This document shows positions 52,004 through 62,176 of a stretch of 64,000 nucleotides of DNA, in pieces. The DNA is from Paracoccus sp. (in: a-proteobacteria) (GTDB taxonomy: Bacteria; Pseudomonadota; Alphaproteobacteria; Rhodobacterales; Rhodobacteraceae): the NCBI RefSeq assembly GCF_046289755.1, contig NZ_JBKBVD010000010.1, positions 12,597-76,596 on the forward strand, written 5' to 3'. How positions within the stretch are numbered: the stretch's first letter is position 1; every line of letters starts with the position of its first letter. Under the pieces are notes generated by a model. That model was not told where the DNA came from. It ran no database searches and saw only the letters and a list, made by a program, of their open reading frames with translations. Made by a program: the position numbers and the translations under genes.

Positions 52004-52672
52004 TCAGGCCGGGCGGGGGCGGTGCATATTGTCCAGATGCACCGCAATCGCCTCTTCGACATCGTCGAAATAGCTGAGCTGCCCGTTTTCGAGCACCGCG
52101 CCGCAATCGCAGATTTCGCGGATCAGTCCCATCGAGTGGCTGACCACCACCGCCCCGGCATTCGCAAGGCGGTTCTTGAAGATCCGGTTGGATTTCGCCT
52201 TGAAGGACGCGTCGCCTACGGCGGAAACCTCGTCGACCAGATAGGTGTCGAAGGGGACGGCCATCGACACGCCAAAGGCCAGGCGCGATTTCATCCCCGA
52301 GGAATAGGTGCGGATCGGCAGGTTGAAATGCTCGCCCAGTTCGGCGAAGTCCTTGACGAAGTTGATCAGTTCGTCGGTATCCACGGCATAGATCCGGGCG
52401 ACGAACCGGCAGTTCTGTTCGCCCGTCAGCTCGCCATTGAAACTGCCGCCGAACCCCACCGGCCAGCTGATCGTTCCGGTCGACAGGATGCGCCCCGATG
52501 TCGGCAGCATCGCCCCCGAGATCATCCGCAGAAGCGACGATTTCCCCGCCCCGTTGCGTCCCAGCAGGGCCAATGATGATCCCGTCGGAAAGGTCATGGT
52601 GATATTGTCGGCCACCACCTGATGGCGGCCGTTCAATGTGTAGGTCTTGCAGAGCCGGTCGAGATGGATCAT
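52004..52672 (-). CDS. kpsT: Capsular polysaccharide ABC exporter ATPase, KpsT-like
   Basis: GRNGAGKS, ISWPVG, ELTGEQN, YSSGMKSRLAFG, YLVDE, VVSHS. Confidence 0.9.
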   Translation of the reverse strand: MIHLDRLCKTYTLNGRHQVVADNITMTFPTGSSLALLGRNGAGKSSLLRMISGAMLPTSGRILSTGTISWPVGFGGSFNGELTGEQNCRFVARIYAVDTDELINFVKDFAELGEHFNLPIRTYSSGMKSRLAFGVSMAVPFDTYLVDEVSAVGDASFKAKSNRIFKNRLANAGAVVVSHSMGLIREICDCGAVLENGQLSYFDDVEEAIAVHLDNMHRPRPA

Positions 52673-54144
52673 CGCCGGTCGCGCAGGCTGTAAAACACCA
52701 GCGTTCCGATAATCCACAAGAGCAGGATGAACCCGGCGATCATGGCCAGCAGGTTTTCGCGCTGCGGGAACTCGGCGTCCTGAGCCAGGGTCGGGCGGAT
52801 ATAGGGCGCCAGATAACGCGACTGGCGCACGGCCTCGGCCCGCGCCCCCTCATAGCTGGCCAGAGCGGCGGTATAGGTGGTTTCGGCGAACTGACGGTCG
52901 ACGGCCAGCGTCTCGAACTGGCCGACCAGATCCGACAGCGCGATTTCCCCATTCATCGAGCCGAACTTCTGCCGCTCGGCGTCGATCTGTTCGCGGATCA
53001 CGTCGATGCGCAGCTCGGTCTGGCTGATGCGCGGATCGTTGGGCTGGGCATTGGCCCGCAGAAGCCCAAGCGAGACCAGCTGTTCGGCCAGCTGCTGCTG
53101 AAGCGAGCTGACAACGCCGACCTGCCCCTGAACGTCCGCCGCCGGGTCGACCAGCTGATAGCGATTGCGGAACTCGGTCATGTCGGCGCGGGCGGAGCGC
53201 AGGCGGGTTTCGGCGCGTTCCAGCTCTTCGCGGGCATAGCGCAGCGCATCCTCTCGGGCGATATCGTTCAGCTCGTTGATCAGCGAGCCACCTTCCAGCA
53301 TGATCGCCTCGGCGATCGCCTGGGCGTCGCGCGGTTCGAACGCCAGAATGCGCAGGTCGATCATGCCCGAATCGTAATGCACGCGGATCTTGCGGTCCCA
53401 CTCGTTGGCCAGACCCTCCAGTGTCTGATCGCCGCGAAAGCGAAAGACCGGATCGTCGGGGGCCTTGGACCATATCTCGCGCAGATCCATGCGGTTGTTG
53501 ACCCGCTCGACCAGATCGCGGCTCTGGATGAACTTGAACAGGATATCGGCATCGCTCGTCGAGTTCGCGGTCACCCCGACCAGCGAGCCAAGCCCGCCCA
53601 GCAGTTCCGATGCGCCGGGCGCCGATTCGCTGCGAACCGAAAATCCGACGAAAGACGCATATTGATCGGCGGCGCGCGCATACAGGTACCAGGCGCTGAC
53701 CAGCACCGGCAATATGACGACGATCACAAAGCTGATCAGCATGCCATAGTGACGCTTTTGCATGGTCGCGGGGTTCGCCGCAGGCAGGATGGGCGGTTTC
53801 GGCGCGGCCGGGCGGGCCGGACCGCCCGGCTTGTTGCCGCCGGGACCGGAGTTGGCGCCAGGTTTCGGGGCGGCAGGCTTTGGAGCTTCGGGTTTGGACT
53901 CGGCCTGTTTTGCTGCGAGGGGCTTTGCTTCGGCCTGTTTTGCTTCGGCAGGTTTTATGGCCGACGGCTTCGGTTCAGTCGGTTGAGGGCTGGCCGGTGT
54001 CGGCTCGGCCTGCTTTGCCTCGGCGGGTTTCGGGGCCGCGACCTTTGGGTTTTCCTGTGTTGGTTCGACCGGTTTGGGCGTGGGGCCCGATTCGGCGACG
54101 GGCTTGGCCGACGCGGCTGCGGGGCTGGTCTGAGGAGCGGACAT
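52669..54144 (-). CDS. kpsE: Capsule export inner-membrane protein, KpsE-like, with long Pro/Ala/Lys-rich N-terminus
   Basis: Two TM helices flanking a coiled-coil periplasmic region; YLYARAADQYAS, FIQSRDL, RQSRYL, YSLRDRR end. Confidence 0.88.
   Translation of the reverse strand: MSAPQTSPAAASAKPVAESGPTPKPVEPTQENPKVAAPKPAEAKQAEPTPASPQPTEPKPSAIKPAEAKQAEAKPLAAKQAESKPEAPKPAAPKPGANSGPGGNKPGGPARPAAPKPPILPAANPATMQKRHYGMLISFVIVVILPVLVSAWYLYARAADQYASFVGFSVRSESAPGASELLGGLGSLVGVTANSTSDADILFKFIQSRDLVERVNNRMDLREIWSKAPDDPVFRFRGDQTLEGLANEWDRKIRVHYDSGMIDLRILAFEPRDAQAIAEAIMLEGGSLINELNDIAREDALRYAREELERAETRLRSARADMTEFRNRYQLVDPAADVQGQVGVVSSLQQQLAEQLVSLGLLRANAQPNDPRISQTELRIDVIREQIDAERQKFGSMNGEIALSDLVGQFETLAVDRQFAETTYTAALASYEGARAEAVRQSRYLAPYIRPTLAQDAEFPQRENLLAMIAGFILLLWIIGTLVFYSLRDRR
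53862..54035 (-). repeat. Imperfect 15-bp coding repeats (KPAEA/KQAEx pentapeptides) in the kpsE 5' region
   Basis: PKPAEAKQAEP...KPAEAKQAEAKPLAAKQAESKPEAPKPAAPKP. Confidence 0.7.
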
Positions 54145-54265
54145 GCGCGCGGTCCCGCCTTGCATTGTTGATCTCTTGGTCGCCCTCATACATAAGCGCT
54201 TCGAACAGTTCCAGCACCGATCCCCCAAAGGATCGTGAGCCGCGTCAGGCGGAAGGCCCGCGTCC

Positions 54266-55138
54266 ATGTCCGACATGCCCCATCCCGGCCCTGTGCCGAA
54301 ACAACAGGCACCTTTGCCACAGCGCCGTTCGCCCGCGCCGGGCGATGGCAGGCTGCAAGAGGTGCGCAAACATCGCAGCTTTGCCAGCATGCGCGCGATC
54401 GGCGCGCTGATGCTGCGTGAGATGGCGACCAGCCATGGCCGCCGGGCAGGTGGCTATCTGTGGACCATCGCCGAGCCTGTGGGCGGGATCGTGCTGCTGA
54501 CGCTGATCTTTTCGGTTGGCTTCCGAAAGCCCCCCATGGGCACGAATTTCGCGATCTTTTATGCGACGGGCGTGGTGCCCTTCATGATGTATCTGGATAT
54601 GTCTGGTAAGGTGGCGGGCTCGGTGCGGTACTCCAAATCGCTGCTGACCTATCCGGCCGTGACCTTCGTTGACGCGCTGCTGGCGCGGATCCTGTTCAAT
54701 ACTATCACACAGGCCGTGGTCATGATTCTGATCTTTACCGGCATTGTGATGACAATGGACACGCGCACCGATCCGCAGATTCTGCATATCGCGCTTGGTT
54801 TTGCGATGACGGTGCTGATTGCCTCTGCCGTAGGGGTGGTGAACTGCTTCCTGTTCGAGGCCTTCACCTGGTGGCAATCGGTCTGGAGCATCCTGATGCG
54901 GCCGCTGTTCCTGCTGTCGTGCATCTTCTTTGTCTTCGACACGATCCCGCAACCCTATCGCGACTGGCTGTGGTGGAACCCGCTGGTGCATCTGGTCGGC
55001 CAGATGCGGATGGCGTTCTATCCGGCCTATCACGCGGATTACATCAGCTATATCTATGTGTTTGCGCTAGGTCTGGGGCTGTTTGCGCTGGGGCTGGCGT
55101 TGCTGGTGCGCTATCACCGCGATCTGCAGAACAGCTGA
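54266..55138 (+). CDS. kpsM: Capsular polysaccharide ABC exporter permease, KpsM-like
   Basis: ALMLREM, GYLWTIAEP, FYATGVVPF, NPLVHLVGQMR; true start may be downstream near MRAIG. Confidence 0.88.
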   Translation: MSDMPHPGPVPKQQAPLPQRRSPAPGDGRLQEVRKHRSFASMRAIGALMLREMATSHGRRAGGYLWTIAEPVGGIVLLTLIFSVGFRKPPMGTNFAIFYATGVVPFMMYLDMSGKVAGSVRYSKSLLTYPAVTFVDALLARILFNTITQAVVMILIFTGIVMTMDTRTDPQILHIALGFAMTVLIASAVGVVNCFLFEAFTWWQSVWSILMRPLFLLSCIFFVFDTIPQPYRDWLWWNPLVHLVGQMRMAFYPAYHADYISYIYVFALGLGLFALGLALLVRYHRDLQNS

Positions 55139-55147
55139 GGCGCCCCC

Positions 55148-56170
55148 TCAGCCGCCCGCAGGCCGCGCCAGCCGCGCAAGGACCCTGCGCCGCGTGACCT
55201 GCCCGCCGCCCACCAGCGGCAGCGCGTCATGGTCCGACAGCCGCTCCATCACCGCGCGCAGCGGCAGATCGCGGGGCAGGGGCACGCCCTGCGCCCCTGC
55301 CGGATCGCCGGGCTCTGCGACATCCTCGGCGGTCAGCACCGCCAGTGGGTTCATATGGGCCACGAAATCGGCAACATAGCCATTGGCCGGATCGGCGATG
55401 ATCTGGCGCGCCGTGCCGGTCTGCACGATCCGCCCCCCCTCCATCAGCGCGATGCGGTTGCCCAGCTTGAACGCCTCGTCCAGATCATGGCTGACGAAGA
55501 TGATCGTGCGGCCGGTGCGCGATTGCAGGTCCAGCAATTCATCCTGCAACCGGGCGCGGATCAGCGGGTCCAGCGCGCTGAACGGCTCGTCCATTAGCAG
55601 CACGGGCGCCTCGGTCGCGAAGGCGCGGGCAAGGCCCACGCGCTGCTGCATGCCGCCCGACAATTCGCCCACCCGCCTGTCGGCCCAGTCCGACAGGCCC
55701 ACGATGCCGAGATGCTGGTCCACCCGCGCGCGGCGTTCGGCGGTAGGCAGGCCCGCCAGTTCCAGCCCCAGCCCCACATTCTCGCGCACGCTGCGCCAGG
55801 GCAGCAGGCCGAATTGCTGGAACACCATCGCCACCGTGCGCAGCCGGATTTCCCGCAGGTTGCGCGCGCCCGCGCCCGTCACGCTGATCATCCGCTCACC
55901 CTGCCGCAGCCGCACCTCGCCCCGGCAGACCGGGTTCAGCGCATTCACCGCCCGCAGCAACGTCGATTTGCCCGATCCCGACAGGCCCATCAGCACGAGG
56001 ATCTCGCCCTCGGCCACCGATAGCGAGCAGTCATGCACACCCAGAACCTGCCCCGTCTCGGTCTTGATCGGGCCACGGTCCAGCCCTGCATCCATCAGCG
56101 GCAGGGCACGGTCGGGATGATCGCCAAAGACGATGCTGACCCGGTCGAATTCCACGGCATTGCGGGTCAT
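55148..56170 (-). CDS. choV: Choline ABC transporter ATP-binding protein
   Basis: GLSGSGKST, FQQFGLLPWR, LSGGMQQRVGLARA, DEPFSALDP. Confidence 0.92.
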   Translation of the reverse strand: MTRNAVEFDRVSIVFGDHPDRALPLMDAGLDRGPIKTETGQVLGVHDCSLSVAEGEILVLMGLSGSGKSTLLRAVNALNPVCRGEVRLRQGERMISVTGAGARNLREIRLRTVAMVFQQFGLLPWRSVRENVGLGLELAGLPTAERRARVDQHLGIVGLSDWADRRVGELSGGMQQRVGLARAFATEAPVLLMDEPFSALDPLIRARLQDELLDLQSRTGRTIIFVSHDLDEAFKLGNRIALMEGGRIVQTGTARQIIADPANGYVADFVAHMNPLAVLTAEDVAEPGDPAGAQGVPLPRDLPLRAVMERLSDHDALPLVGGGQVTRRRVLARLARPAGG

Positions 56171-57015
56171 TTGCGGCCCTCCATCCGCAGCATCCGGTCG
56201 AGGATGATGGCCACGACCACGATCACCAGCCCCGATTCAAAGCCAAGCGCGGTGTTGACGCTGTTCAGCGCCCGCACGACCGGCACCCCCAGCCCCGAGG
56301 CGCCGACCAACGCCGCGATCACCACCATCGACAGCGACAGCATGATGGTCTGGTTCAGCCCGGCCATGATCTGCGGCAGGGCGCTTGGCAGTTCGACCTT
56401 CCACAGAAGCTGGCGCTTCGTGGCGCCAAAGGCGGTGGCTGCCTCGACCAGCGCGGGCGGAGTCGAGGCGATCCCCAGCTGCGTCAGCCGGATCGGCGCG
56501 GGCAGCACGAAGATGACGGTGGCCAGCAGGCCGGGCACCATGCCGATGCCGAAAAAGACAATCGCCGGGATCAGATAGACGAAGGTGGGCAGGGTCTGCA
56601 TCAGATCCAGCACCGGGCGCATCCACGCGTAAAGGCGGGGCCGGTGCGCGGCAGCGATGCCGATGGGCACGCCCAGCCCCATGCAGACGATGCAGGCCGA
56701 CAGCACCAGCGTCAGCGATTGCATCATCTCGGACCAGTAACCCTGATTGAGCACGAACAGCAGCCCCACCGCGACCAGCAGACACACGGTCAGCCGCCGT
56801 TGCAGCGCGAAGGTCAGCGCCACCGCCAGCGCGATGAAGATCAGCGGATGCGGCGCCTGCAACGCGCCCAGAATCGCGCCGATCAGCCCGTTCATCGCGT
56901 CCGAAATCACGTCGAACACCCATCCCGCATTGGCGTTCAGCCAGTCAAAACCGGCCTTGGCCGTGCGGCCCACCGGGATCTTGTTGTCGGTGATCCAGCC
57001 TGTCAGCTGCTCCAT
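56167..57015 (-). CDS. choW: Choline ABC transporter permease
   Basis: KIPVG, LDLMQTLPTFVYLIP, IMAGLNQTIMLSLSMVVIAALVG. Confidence 0.92.
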   Translation of the reverse strand: MEQLTGWITDNKIPVGRTAKAGFDWLNANAGWVFDVISDAMNGLIGAILGALQAPHPLIFIALAVALTFALQRRLTVCLLVAVGLLFVLNQGYWSEMMQSLTLVLSACIVCMGLGVPIGIAAAHRPRLYAWMRPVLDLMQTLPTFVYLIPAIVFFGIGMVPGLLATVIFVLPAPIRLTQLGIASTPPALVEAATAFGATKRQLLWKVELPSALPQIMAGLNQTIMLSLSMVVIAALVGASGLGVPVVRALNSVNTALGFESGLVIVVVAIILDRMLRMEGRK

Positions 57016-57032
57016 GCGCGCTCCTGTTCATC

Positions 57033-57070
57033 GCACCGGCGGTGCACCCGCGGTGCACCAGCGGGGCACC
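57033..57070. repeat. 11-bp period tandem repeat of a self-palindromic unit (GCGGTGCACC-N)
   Basis: gcacc recurs at 57033, 57044, 57055 and 57066 in the choX-choW gap. Confidence 0.75.
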
Positions 57071-57088
57071 GGCGAGGTGGGGCCGGTC

Positions 57089-58030
57089 TCAGCCCTCCAG
57101 CGCCGCCATCAGCGCGTCTTCGGCGTCATTACCTGCGGTGGTGGTGACATCCGCCAGCCAGCCGCGCGCGGCATCCGGATTGGCCGACAGCCAGTCGCGG
57201 GCGGCGGCCATCGGGTCCTGCCCGTCATTCAGGATCGCGCCCATCACCTCATTCTCCATCGCCAGGGTGAATTCGAGGTTTTGCAGGAACTGCCCGACAT
57301 TGGGGCATTCCTCGACATAGCCCGCGCGGGTGTTGGTGCGCACCTCGGCGCCGCCCAGATCGGGGCCGAAAATATCGTCGCCGCCGGTCAGATAGGTCAT
57401 CCGGATCTGGGCGTTCATCGGATGCGGCTCCCATCCCAGAAAGACCACCGGCGTGTCGCGGTCCGAGGCGCGCGCGACCTGCGCCAGCATCCCCTGTTCG
57501 CTGGATTCCACGATCTCGAACGTACCCAGACCGAACTGGTCCATGGCCACCATCTCCAGCAGCAGGCGGTTGCCGTCATTGCCCGGCTCGATGCCATAGA
57601 TCTTGCCGTCCAGCGCCTCTTTCTGATCGGCGATCGAGGCGAAATCGGTGATGCCCAGATCGGCGCCCGCCTGATTGGTGGCCAGCGTGTATTTGGCGCC
57701 GGTCAGATTGGTGCGCACCGTGTCGACCGTGCCGGTGTCGCGATAGGGGGCGATGTCGGCCTCCATCGTGGGCATCCAGTTGCCCAGAAACACATCGACG
57801 TCATCGGTGGACAGCGCGGTATAGGTCACCGGCACCGACAGGATGCGGGTCTCGGTCTCATAGCCAAGCGCCCCCAGCACGGTCGAGGCCAGCGCCGTCG
57901 TCGCCGTGATGTCCGACCAGCCGACATCGGAAAACACCACCTTGCGGCAATGCTCGGGCTCTTGCGCGAAGGCGGGCTGGGCCAGAACGGCGCAGGCGGC
58001 AAGGACAGATACGGGGCGGAAATACATCAT
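57089..58030 (-). CDS. choX: Choline ABC transporter substrate-binding protein
   Basis: FSDVGWSDI, FLGNWMP, YGIEPGNDGN, FLGWEPHPMN. Confidence 0.93.
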   Translation of the reverse strand: MMYFRPVSVLAACAVLAQPAFAQEPEHCRKVVFSDVGWSDITATTALASTVLGALGYETETRILSVPVTYTALSTDDVDVFLGNWMPTMEADIAPYRDTGTVDTVRTNLTGAKYTLATNQAGADLGITDFASIADQKEALDGKIYGIEPGNDGNRLLLEMVAMDQFGLGTFEIVESSEQGMLAQVARASDRDTPVVFLGWEPHPMNAQIRMTYLTGGDDIFGPDLGGAEVRTNTRAGYVEECPNVGQFLQNLEFTLAMENEVMGAILNDGQDPMAAARDWLSANPDAARGWLADVTTTAGNDAEDALMAALEG

Positions 58031-58046
58031 CGGAGACTCCCTGTTC

Positions 58047-58062
58047 TTGATTGGTCAGTCAA
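58047..58062. promoter_or_regulatory. BetI operator candidate TTGATTGGTCAGTCAA
   Basis: Imperfect palindrome in the choX/betI divergent promoter, resembling known BetI boxes. Confidence 0.65.
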
Positions 58063-58115
58063 TTAACGTTACATAGGACCGGCAAGGCAACAGAAATCTT
58101 GAACGCAGGTGCATC

Positions 58116-58682
58116 ATGCCGAAGCTTGGGGCAGAGCCTATCCGAAAAGCCGCGCTGATCAACGCTGCCATCTACGAGGTGGGCCGCGCAGGCTCACTGG
58201 ACGTGACTGTGGCGCAGATCGCCAAGCGTGCGGGCATGTCGCCTGCGCTGGCGCATCACTATTTCGGCTCCAAGGACCAGATGTTTCTGGCGGCGATGCG
58301 CTATATCCTGCGCACTTATGGCGAGACGGTGCGGCAGGCGCTGCCGGGGCAGGGCCCGCGCGGGCGGCTGGAGGCCATCGTGGCGGCCAGCTTCGCGCCG
58401 GTGAATTTTCAGCGCGAGACGGTCAGCGCCTGGCTGAATTTTTACGCGCTGGCGCTGATCAACCCCGAGGCCCGCCGCCTGCTGAATGTCTATCACCGCC
58501 GGTTGCGGTCCAATCTGATCGTGGCGCTGCGGGGGCTGACCCCCGATCCCGCGCAGGTGGCCGACACGCTGGGGGCGCTGATCGACGGCGTCTATCTGCG
58601 CACCGTGCTGACCCCCGGCCCGACCGATGGCGGCATCGCCCGCCATGTCATTGAAACCTATCTCGACGAGGCCCTCACATGA
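58116..58682 (+). CDS. betI: Choline-responsive TetR repressor BetI
   Basis: [39 protein letters not shown]. Confidence 0.95.
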   Translation: MPKLGAEPIRKAALINAAIYEVGRAGSLDVTVAQIAKRAGMSPALAHHYFGSKDQMFLAAMRYILRTYGETVRQALPGQGPRGRLEAIVAASFAPVNFQRETVSAWLNFYALALINPEARRLLNVYHRRLRSNLIVALRGLTPDPAQVADTLGALIDGVYLRTVLTPGPTDGGIARHVIETYLDEALT

Positions 58683-60136
58683 GCCAGCAGAGCGCGCATT
58701 CCGCCCAGCCCACCGCCAGCCTGTTCATCGATGGCCAGCCGGTCGAGGGGCAGGGTGATCCGCTGCCCGTCCGCTATACCTATACCGGCGAGGTGATCGC
58801 CACCCTGCTTGAGGCGTCCGCCGCACAGGTCGCGCAGGCCTGCGCCACCGCCCGCGCCGCGCAACCCGCATGGGCCGCGCTGGCGCCGCTGGAGCGGGGC
58901 CGCATCCTGGGCCGTGCCGCCGCCATCATCATGGAGCGAAACGAGGAACTGGCCCGGCTGGAGACGCTGGACACCGGCAAGCCGATTCAGGAAACGCTGG
59001 TCGCGGACTGGCCCTCGGGGGCGGCGGCGCTGGAATATTTCGCCGGGCTGGCCGCGACGCTGACCGGCCAGATGATCCCGATGGGGCAGGACTGGGCCTA
59101 TACCCGGCGCGAGGCTCTGGGCGTCTGTGCGGGCATCGGGGCGTGGAACTATCCCAGCCAGATCGCCTGCTGGAAGGCCGCGCCCGCGCTGGTCATGGGC
59201 AATACGATGGTCTTCAAGCCGTCCGAGGAAACGCCGCTGGGGGCGCTGAAACTGGCCGAGATCTTCATTCAGGCCGGGATGCCGCCGGGTGTCTTCAATG
59301 TGGTGCAGGGGCGCGGCGCGGTCGGCGCGGCGCTGGTCACCAATCCCGATGTGGCCAAGGTCTCGCTGACCGGCTCGGTGCCCACGGGGCGGCGCGTCTA
59401 TGCCGCCGCCGCCGAGGGGATGCGCCATGTGACGATGGAGCTGGGCGGTAAATCCCCGATGATCGTCTTTGACGACGCCAATCTGGAAGATGCCGTCAGC
59501 GCGGCGATTCTGGCGAATTTCTACAGTTCGGGGCAGGTCTGCTCGAACGGGACGCGGGTGTTTCTGCAACAGGGGATCCGGGACGCGTTCCTTGACCGTC
59601 TGGCCGAGCGGGTGCGGCAGGTCCGCATGGGCGATCCGCTGGACCCGGCCACGAATCACGGCCCCATCATCAACCCCGCGCAGGCCGCCAAGATCCGCGC
59701 CGCCATCGAGGGCGGGCTTGCGGCAGGTGCGCGGCTGGTCTGCGGCGGGCCGGGCGAGGGGGCGTTCATCCCGCCCACGGTTCTGGCCGACGCCACCGAC
59801 GACATGGCCATCGCCACCGACGAGATTTTCGGCCCGGTGATGACGGCGCTGAGCTTTGTCGATGAGGACGAGGCCATCACCCGCGCCAATGGCACCGGCT
59901 TTGGCCTTGCGGCGGGCGTCTTCACCCGCGATCTGACCCGCGCCCATCGGGTGATCGCGCGGCTTGAGGCGGGCACCTGCTGGATCAACACCTATAACCT
60001 GACGCCGGTGCAGATGCCCTTTGGCGGCGTCAAGCTGTCGGGTCTGGGGCGCGAGAATTCGGCGGCCGCGATCGAGCATTACTCGCAGCTGAAATCCGTC
60101 TATGTCGCCATGGGAGGCGTCGATGCGCCCTACTGA
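58679..60136 (+). CDS. betB: Betaine aldehyde dehydrogenase
   Basis: [44 protein letters not shown]. Confidence 0.96.
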   Translation: MSQQSAHSAQPTASLFIDGQPVEGQGDPLPVRYTYTGEVIATLLEASAAQVAQACATARAAQPAWAALAPLERGRILGRAAAIIMERNEELARLETLDTGKPIQETLVADWPSGAAALEYFAGLAATLTGQMIPMGQDWAYTRREALGVCAGIGAWNYPSQIACWKAAPALVMGNTMVFKPSEETPLGALKLAEIFIQAGMPPGVFNVVQGRGAVGAALVTNPDVAKVSLTGSVPTGRRVYAAAAEGMRHVTMELGGKSPMIVFDDANLEDAVSAAILANFYSSGQVCSNGTRVFLQQGIRDAFLDRLAERVRQVRMGDPLDPATNHGPIINPAQAAKIRAAIEGGLAAGARLVCGGPGEGAFIPPTVLADATDDMAIATDEIFGPVMTALSFVDEDEAITRANGTGFGLAAGVFTRDLTRAHRVIARLEAGTCWINTYNLTPVQMPFGGVKLSGLGRENSAAAIEHYSQLKSVYVAMGGVDAPY

Positions 60137-61739
60137 CACCCCCTCCAGCGACTATGTCATCATCGGCGCGGGCAGCGCGGGCTGTGCGCTGGCCTATCGG
60201 CTGACCGAGGCCGGGCGCACCGTCACGCTGATCGAATTCGGCGGCAGCGATATGGGCCCGTTCATCCAGATGCCCGGTGCGCTGTCCTATCCGATGAACA
60301 TGCCGCGCTATGACTGGGGCTTTGCCACCCAGCCCGAACCGCATCTGGGCGGTCGCAGGCTGGCCACGCCGCGCGGCAAGGTGCTGGGCGGGTCGTCCTC
60401 GATCAATGGCATGGTCTTTGTGCGCGGCAACCCGAAGGATTTCGACCATTGGGCCGAGATGGGCGCGACCGGCTGGGATTATGCCGGCGTGCTGCCCTAT
60501 TTCAAGCGGATGGAGACATGGCACGGCGAGGCGCCCTCGACCCTGCGCGGCACCGACGGGCCGCTGCACATCACGCGCGGCAAGCGCAAGAACCCGCTGT
60601 TCAACACCTTCATCGAGGCGGGGGCGCAGGCGGGCTGGCCGCGCACCGTCGACTATAACGGCGCCCAGCAGGAGGGGTTCGGCCCGATGGAGGCGACGAT
60701 CTGGAAGGGCCGCCGCTGGTCCGCCGCCAATGCCTATCTGCGGCCCGCGAAAAAGACCGGGCGTCTGACGGTGATCCGCGCCATGGCGCGACGGGTGCTG
60801 TTCGACGGCAACCGCGCCACCGGCGTCGAGATCGCGCGCAAGGGCCGGATCGAGGCGGTGCTGGCGGGCCGCGAGGTGATCATCTCGGCCAGTTCGATCA
60901 ACACGCCCAAGATCCTGATGCTGTCAGGCATAGGCCCCGCAGATCACCTGCGCGACCATGGCATCACGCCTCTGGCCGACCGGCCCGGCGTCGGCGCGAA
61001 CCTTCAGGATCACCTTGAAATCTATATGCAATACAAGTCGCTGAAGCCGGTGACGCTGTATACCTATTACAGCCTGCTGGGCAAGGGCCGGGTGGGGCTG
61101 GAATGGCTGTTGCAGAAGACCGGGCTGGGCGCCTCGAACCAGTTCGAAAGCTGCGGCTTCATCCGGTCGTCCGATGCGGTCGATTATCCCGACATCCAGT
61201 ATCACTTCCTGCCGCTGGCGGTGCGCTATGACGGCAAGGCGGCGGCCAAGGGGCACGGGTTTCAGGCCCATGTCGGCCCGATGCGGTCTAAATCGCGCGG
61301 CACGGTGCGGCTGACCGGCCCCGATCCCGAGGCCGCGCCCGAGATCCGCTTCAACTACATGTCCCATCCCGATGACTGGGCCGAGTTCCGCGCCTGCGTC
61401 CGCCACACCCGGCGCATCTTTGACCAGCCCGCCTTTGCCCCCTATCGCGGGGACGAGATCCAGCCGGGCGATGATGTGCAGACCGACGATCAGATCGACG
61501 CCTTCATCCGCGAGCATGCCGAATCGGCCTATCACCCCTGCGGCACCGCCCGCATGGGCGCGGCCCATGATGCGGGCGCCGTGGTCGATCCCGATCTGCG
61601 CGTGATCGGCGTCGAGGGGCTGCGCGTGGCCGACAGTTCGGTCTTTCCGCGCGTCACCAATGGCAATCTCAACGGGCCGTCGATCATGGTCGGCGAAAAG
61701 GCCGCCGATCACATTCTGGGGCGGCTCTCTGCCAGCTGA
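60123..61739 (+). CDS. betA: Choline dehydrogenase
   Basis: [39 protein letters not shown]; start set at MRPTD. Confidence 0.97.
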   Translation: MRPTDTPSSDYVIIGAGSAGCALAYRLTEAGRTVTLIEFGGSDMGPFIQMPGALSYPMNMPRYDWGFATQPEPHLGGRRLATPRGKVLGGSSSINGMVFVRGNPKDFDHWAEMGATGWDYAGVLPYFKRMETWHGEAPSTLRGTDGPLHITRGKRKNPLFNTFIEAGAQAGWPRTVDYNGAQQEGFGPMEATIWKGRRWSAANAYLRPAKKTGRLTVIRAMARRVLFDGNRATGVEIARKGRIEAVLAGREVIISASSINTPKILMLSGIGPADHLRDHGITPLADRPGVGANLQDHLEIYMQYKSLKPVTLYTYYSLLGKGRVGLEWLLQKTGLGASNQFESCGFIRSSDAVDYPDIQYHFLPLAVRYDGKAAAKGHGFQAHVGPMRSKSRGTVRLTGPDPEAAPEIRFNYMSHPDDWAEFRACVRHTRRIFDQPAFAPYRGDEIQPGDDVQTDDQIDAFIREHAESAYHPCGTARMGAAHDAGAVVDPDLRVIGVEGLRVADSSVFPRVTNGNLNGPSIMVGEKAADHILGRLSAS

Positions 61740-62128
61740 GGCGCATCCGCAGGCAGCATCTGCGGCAGCTTGACCTCGACCCAGTCGGCCAGCGCGCCGA
61801 CAAGGGCTGCCGCCTCGCGGCCCAGAGGCGTCAGCGAATATTCGGTCTGCGGCGGCACCACCGGATAGGCCACCCGGTTGACCAGCCCATGCGCCTCAAG
61901 CCGTTTCAGCGTCTCGGCCAGCATCCGCTCGCTGACGCCGCCCACCCGGCGGCGCAGCGCGCTGAAGCGATGCGTGCCCTCGGTCAGCACCATCAGCACC
62001 AGCACCCCCCATTGGCTTGTCACCACCCGCAGCACCGCGCGCGAAGGGCAGGCCGCCGACAGCACCTGCCCGCGGCGAAGATGCTCACTGATGGGCAGGG
62101 GGGCGGTCGTCTGATCGGGGGATTTCAT
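61709..62128 (-). CDS. HxlR-family regulator, QorR/YtfH-like
   Basis: CPSRAVL with N-terminal Cys, [25 protein letters not shown]. Confidence 0.9.
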   Translation of the reverse strand: MKSPDQTTAPLPISEHLRRGQVLSAACPSRAVLRVVTSQWGVLVLMVLTEGTHRFSALRRRVGGVSERMLAETLKRLEAHGLVNRVAYPVVPPQTEYSLTPLGREAAALVGALADWVEVKLPQMLPADAPQLAESRPRM

Positions 62129-62138
62129 CGCATCTCCA

Positions 62139-62173
62139 TACTTACAACAATGTGCGTACTTACTTGAAGTAAG
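62139..62173. promoter_or_regulatory. Operator candidate: palindrome CTTACTT-G-AAGTAAG plus upstream TACTTAC half-site
   Basis: Palindrome at 62159-62173; tacttac at 62139 and 62157; between hxlR and the oxidoreductase. Confidence 0.55.
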
Positions 62174-62176
62174 CCG

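Noticed and set aside
29765-57070. Short tandem repeats as CRISPR remnants
   Set aside because: Units are 11-16 bp, adjacent without spacers, and there are no cas genes
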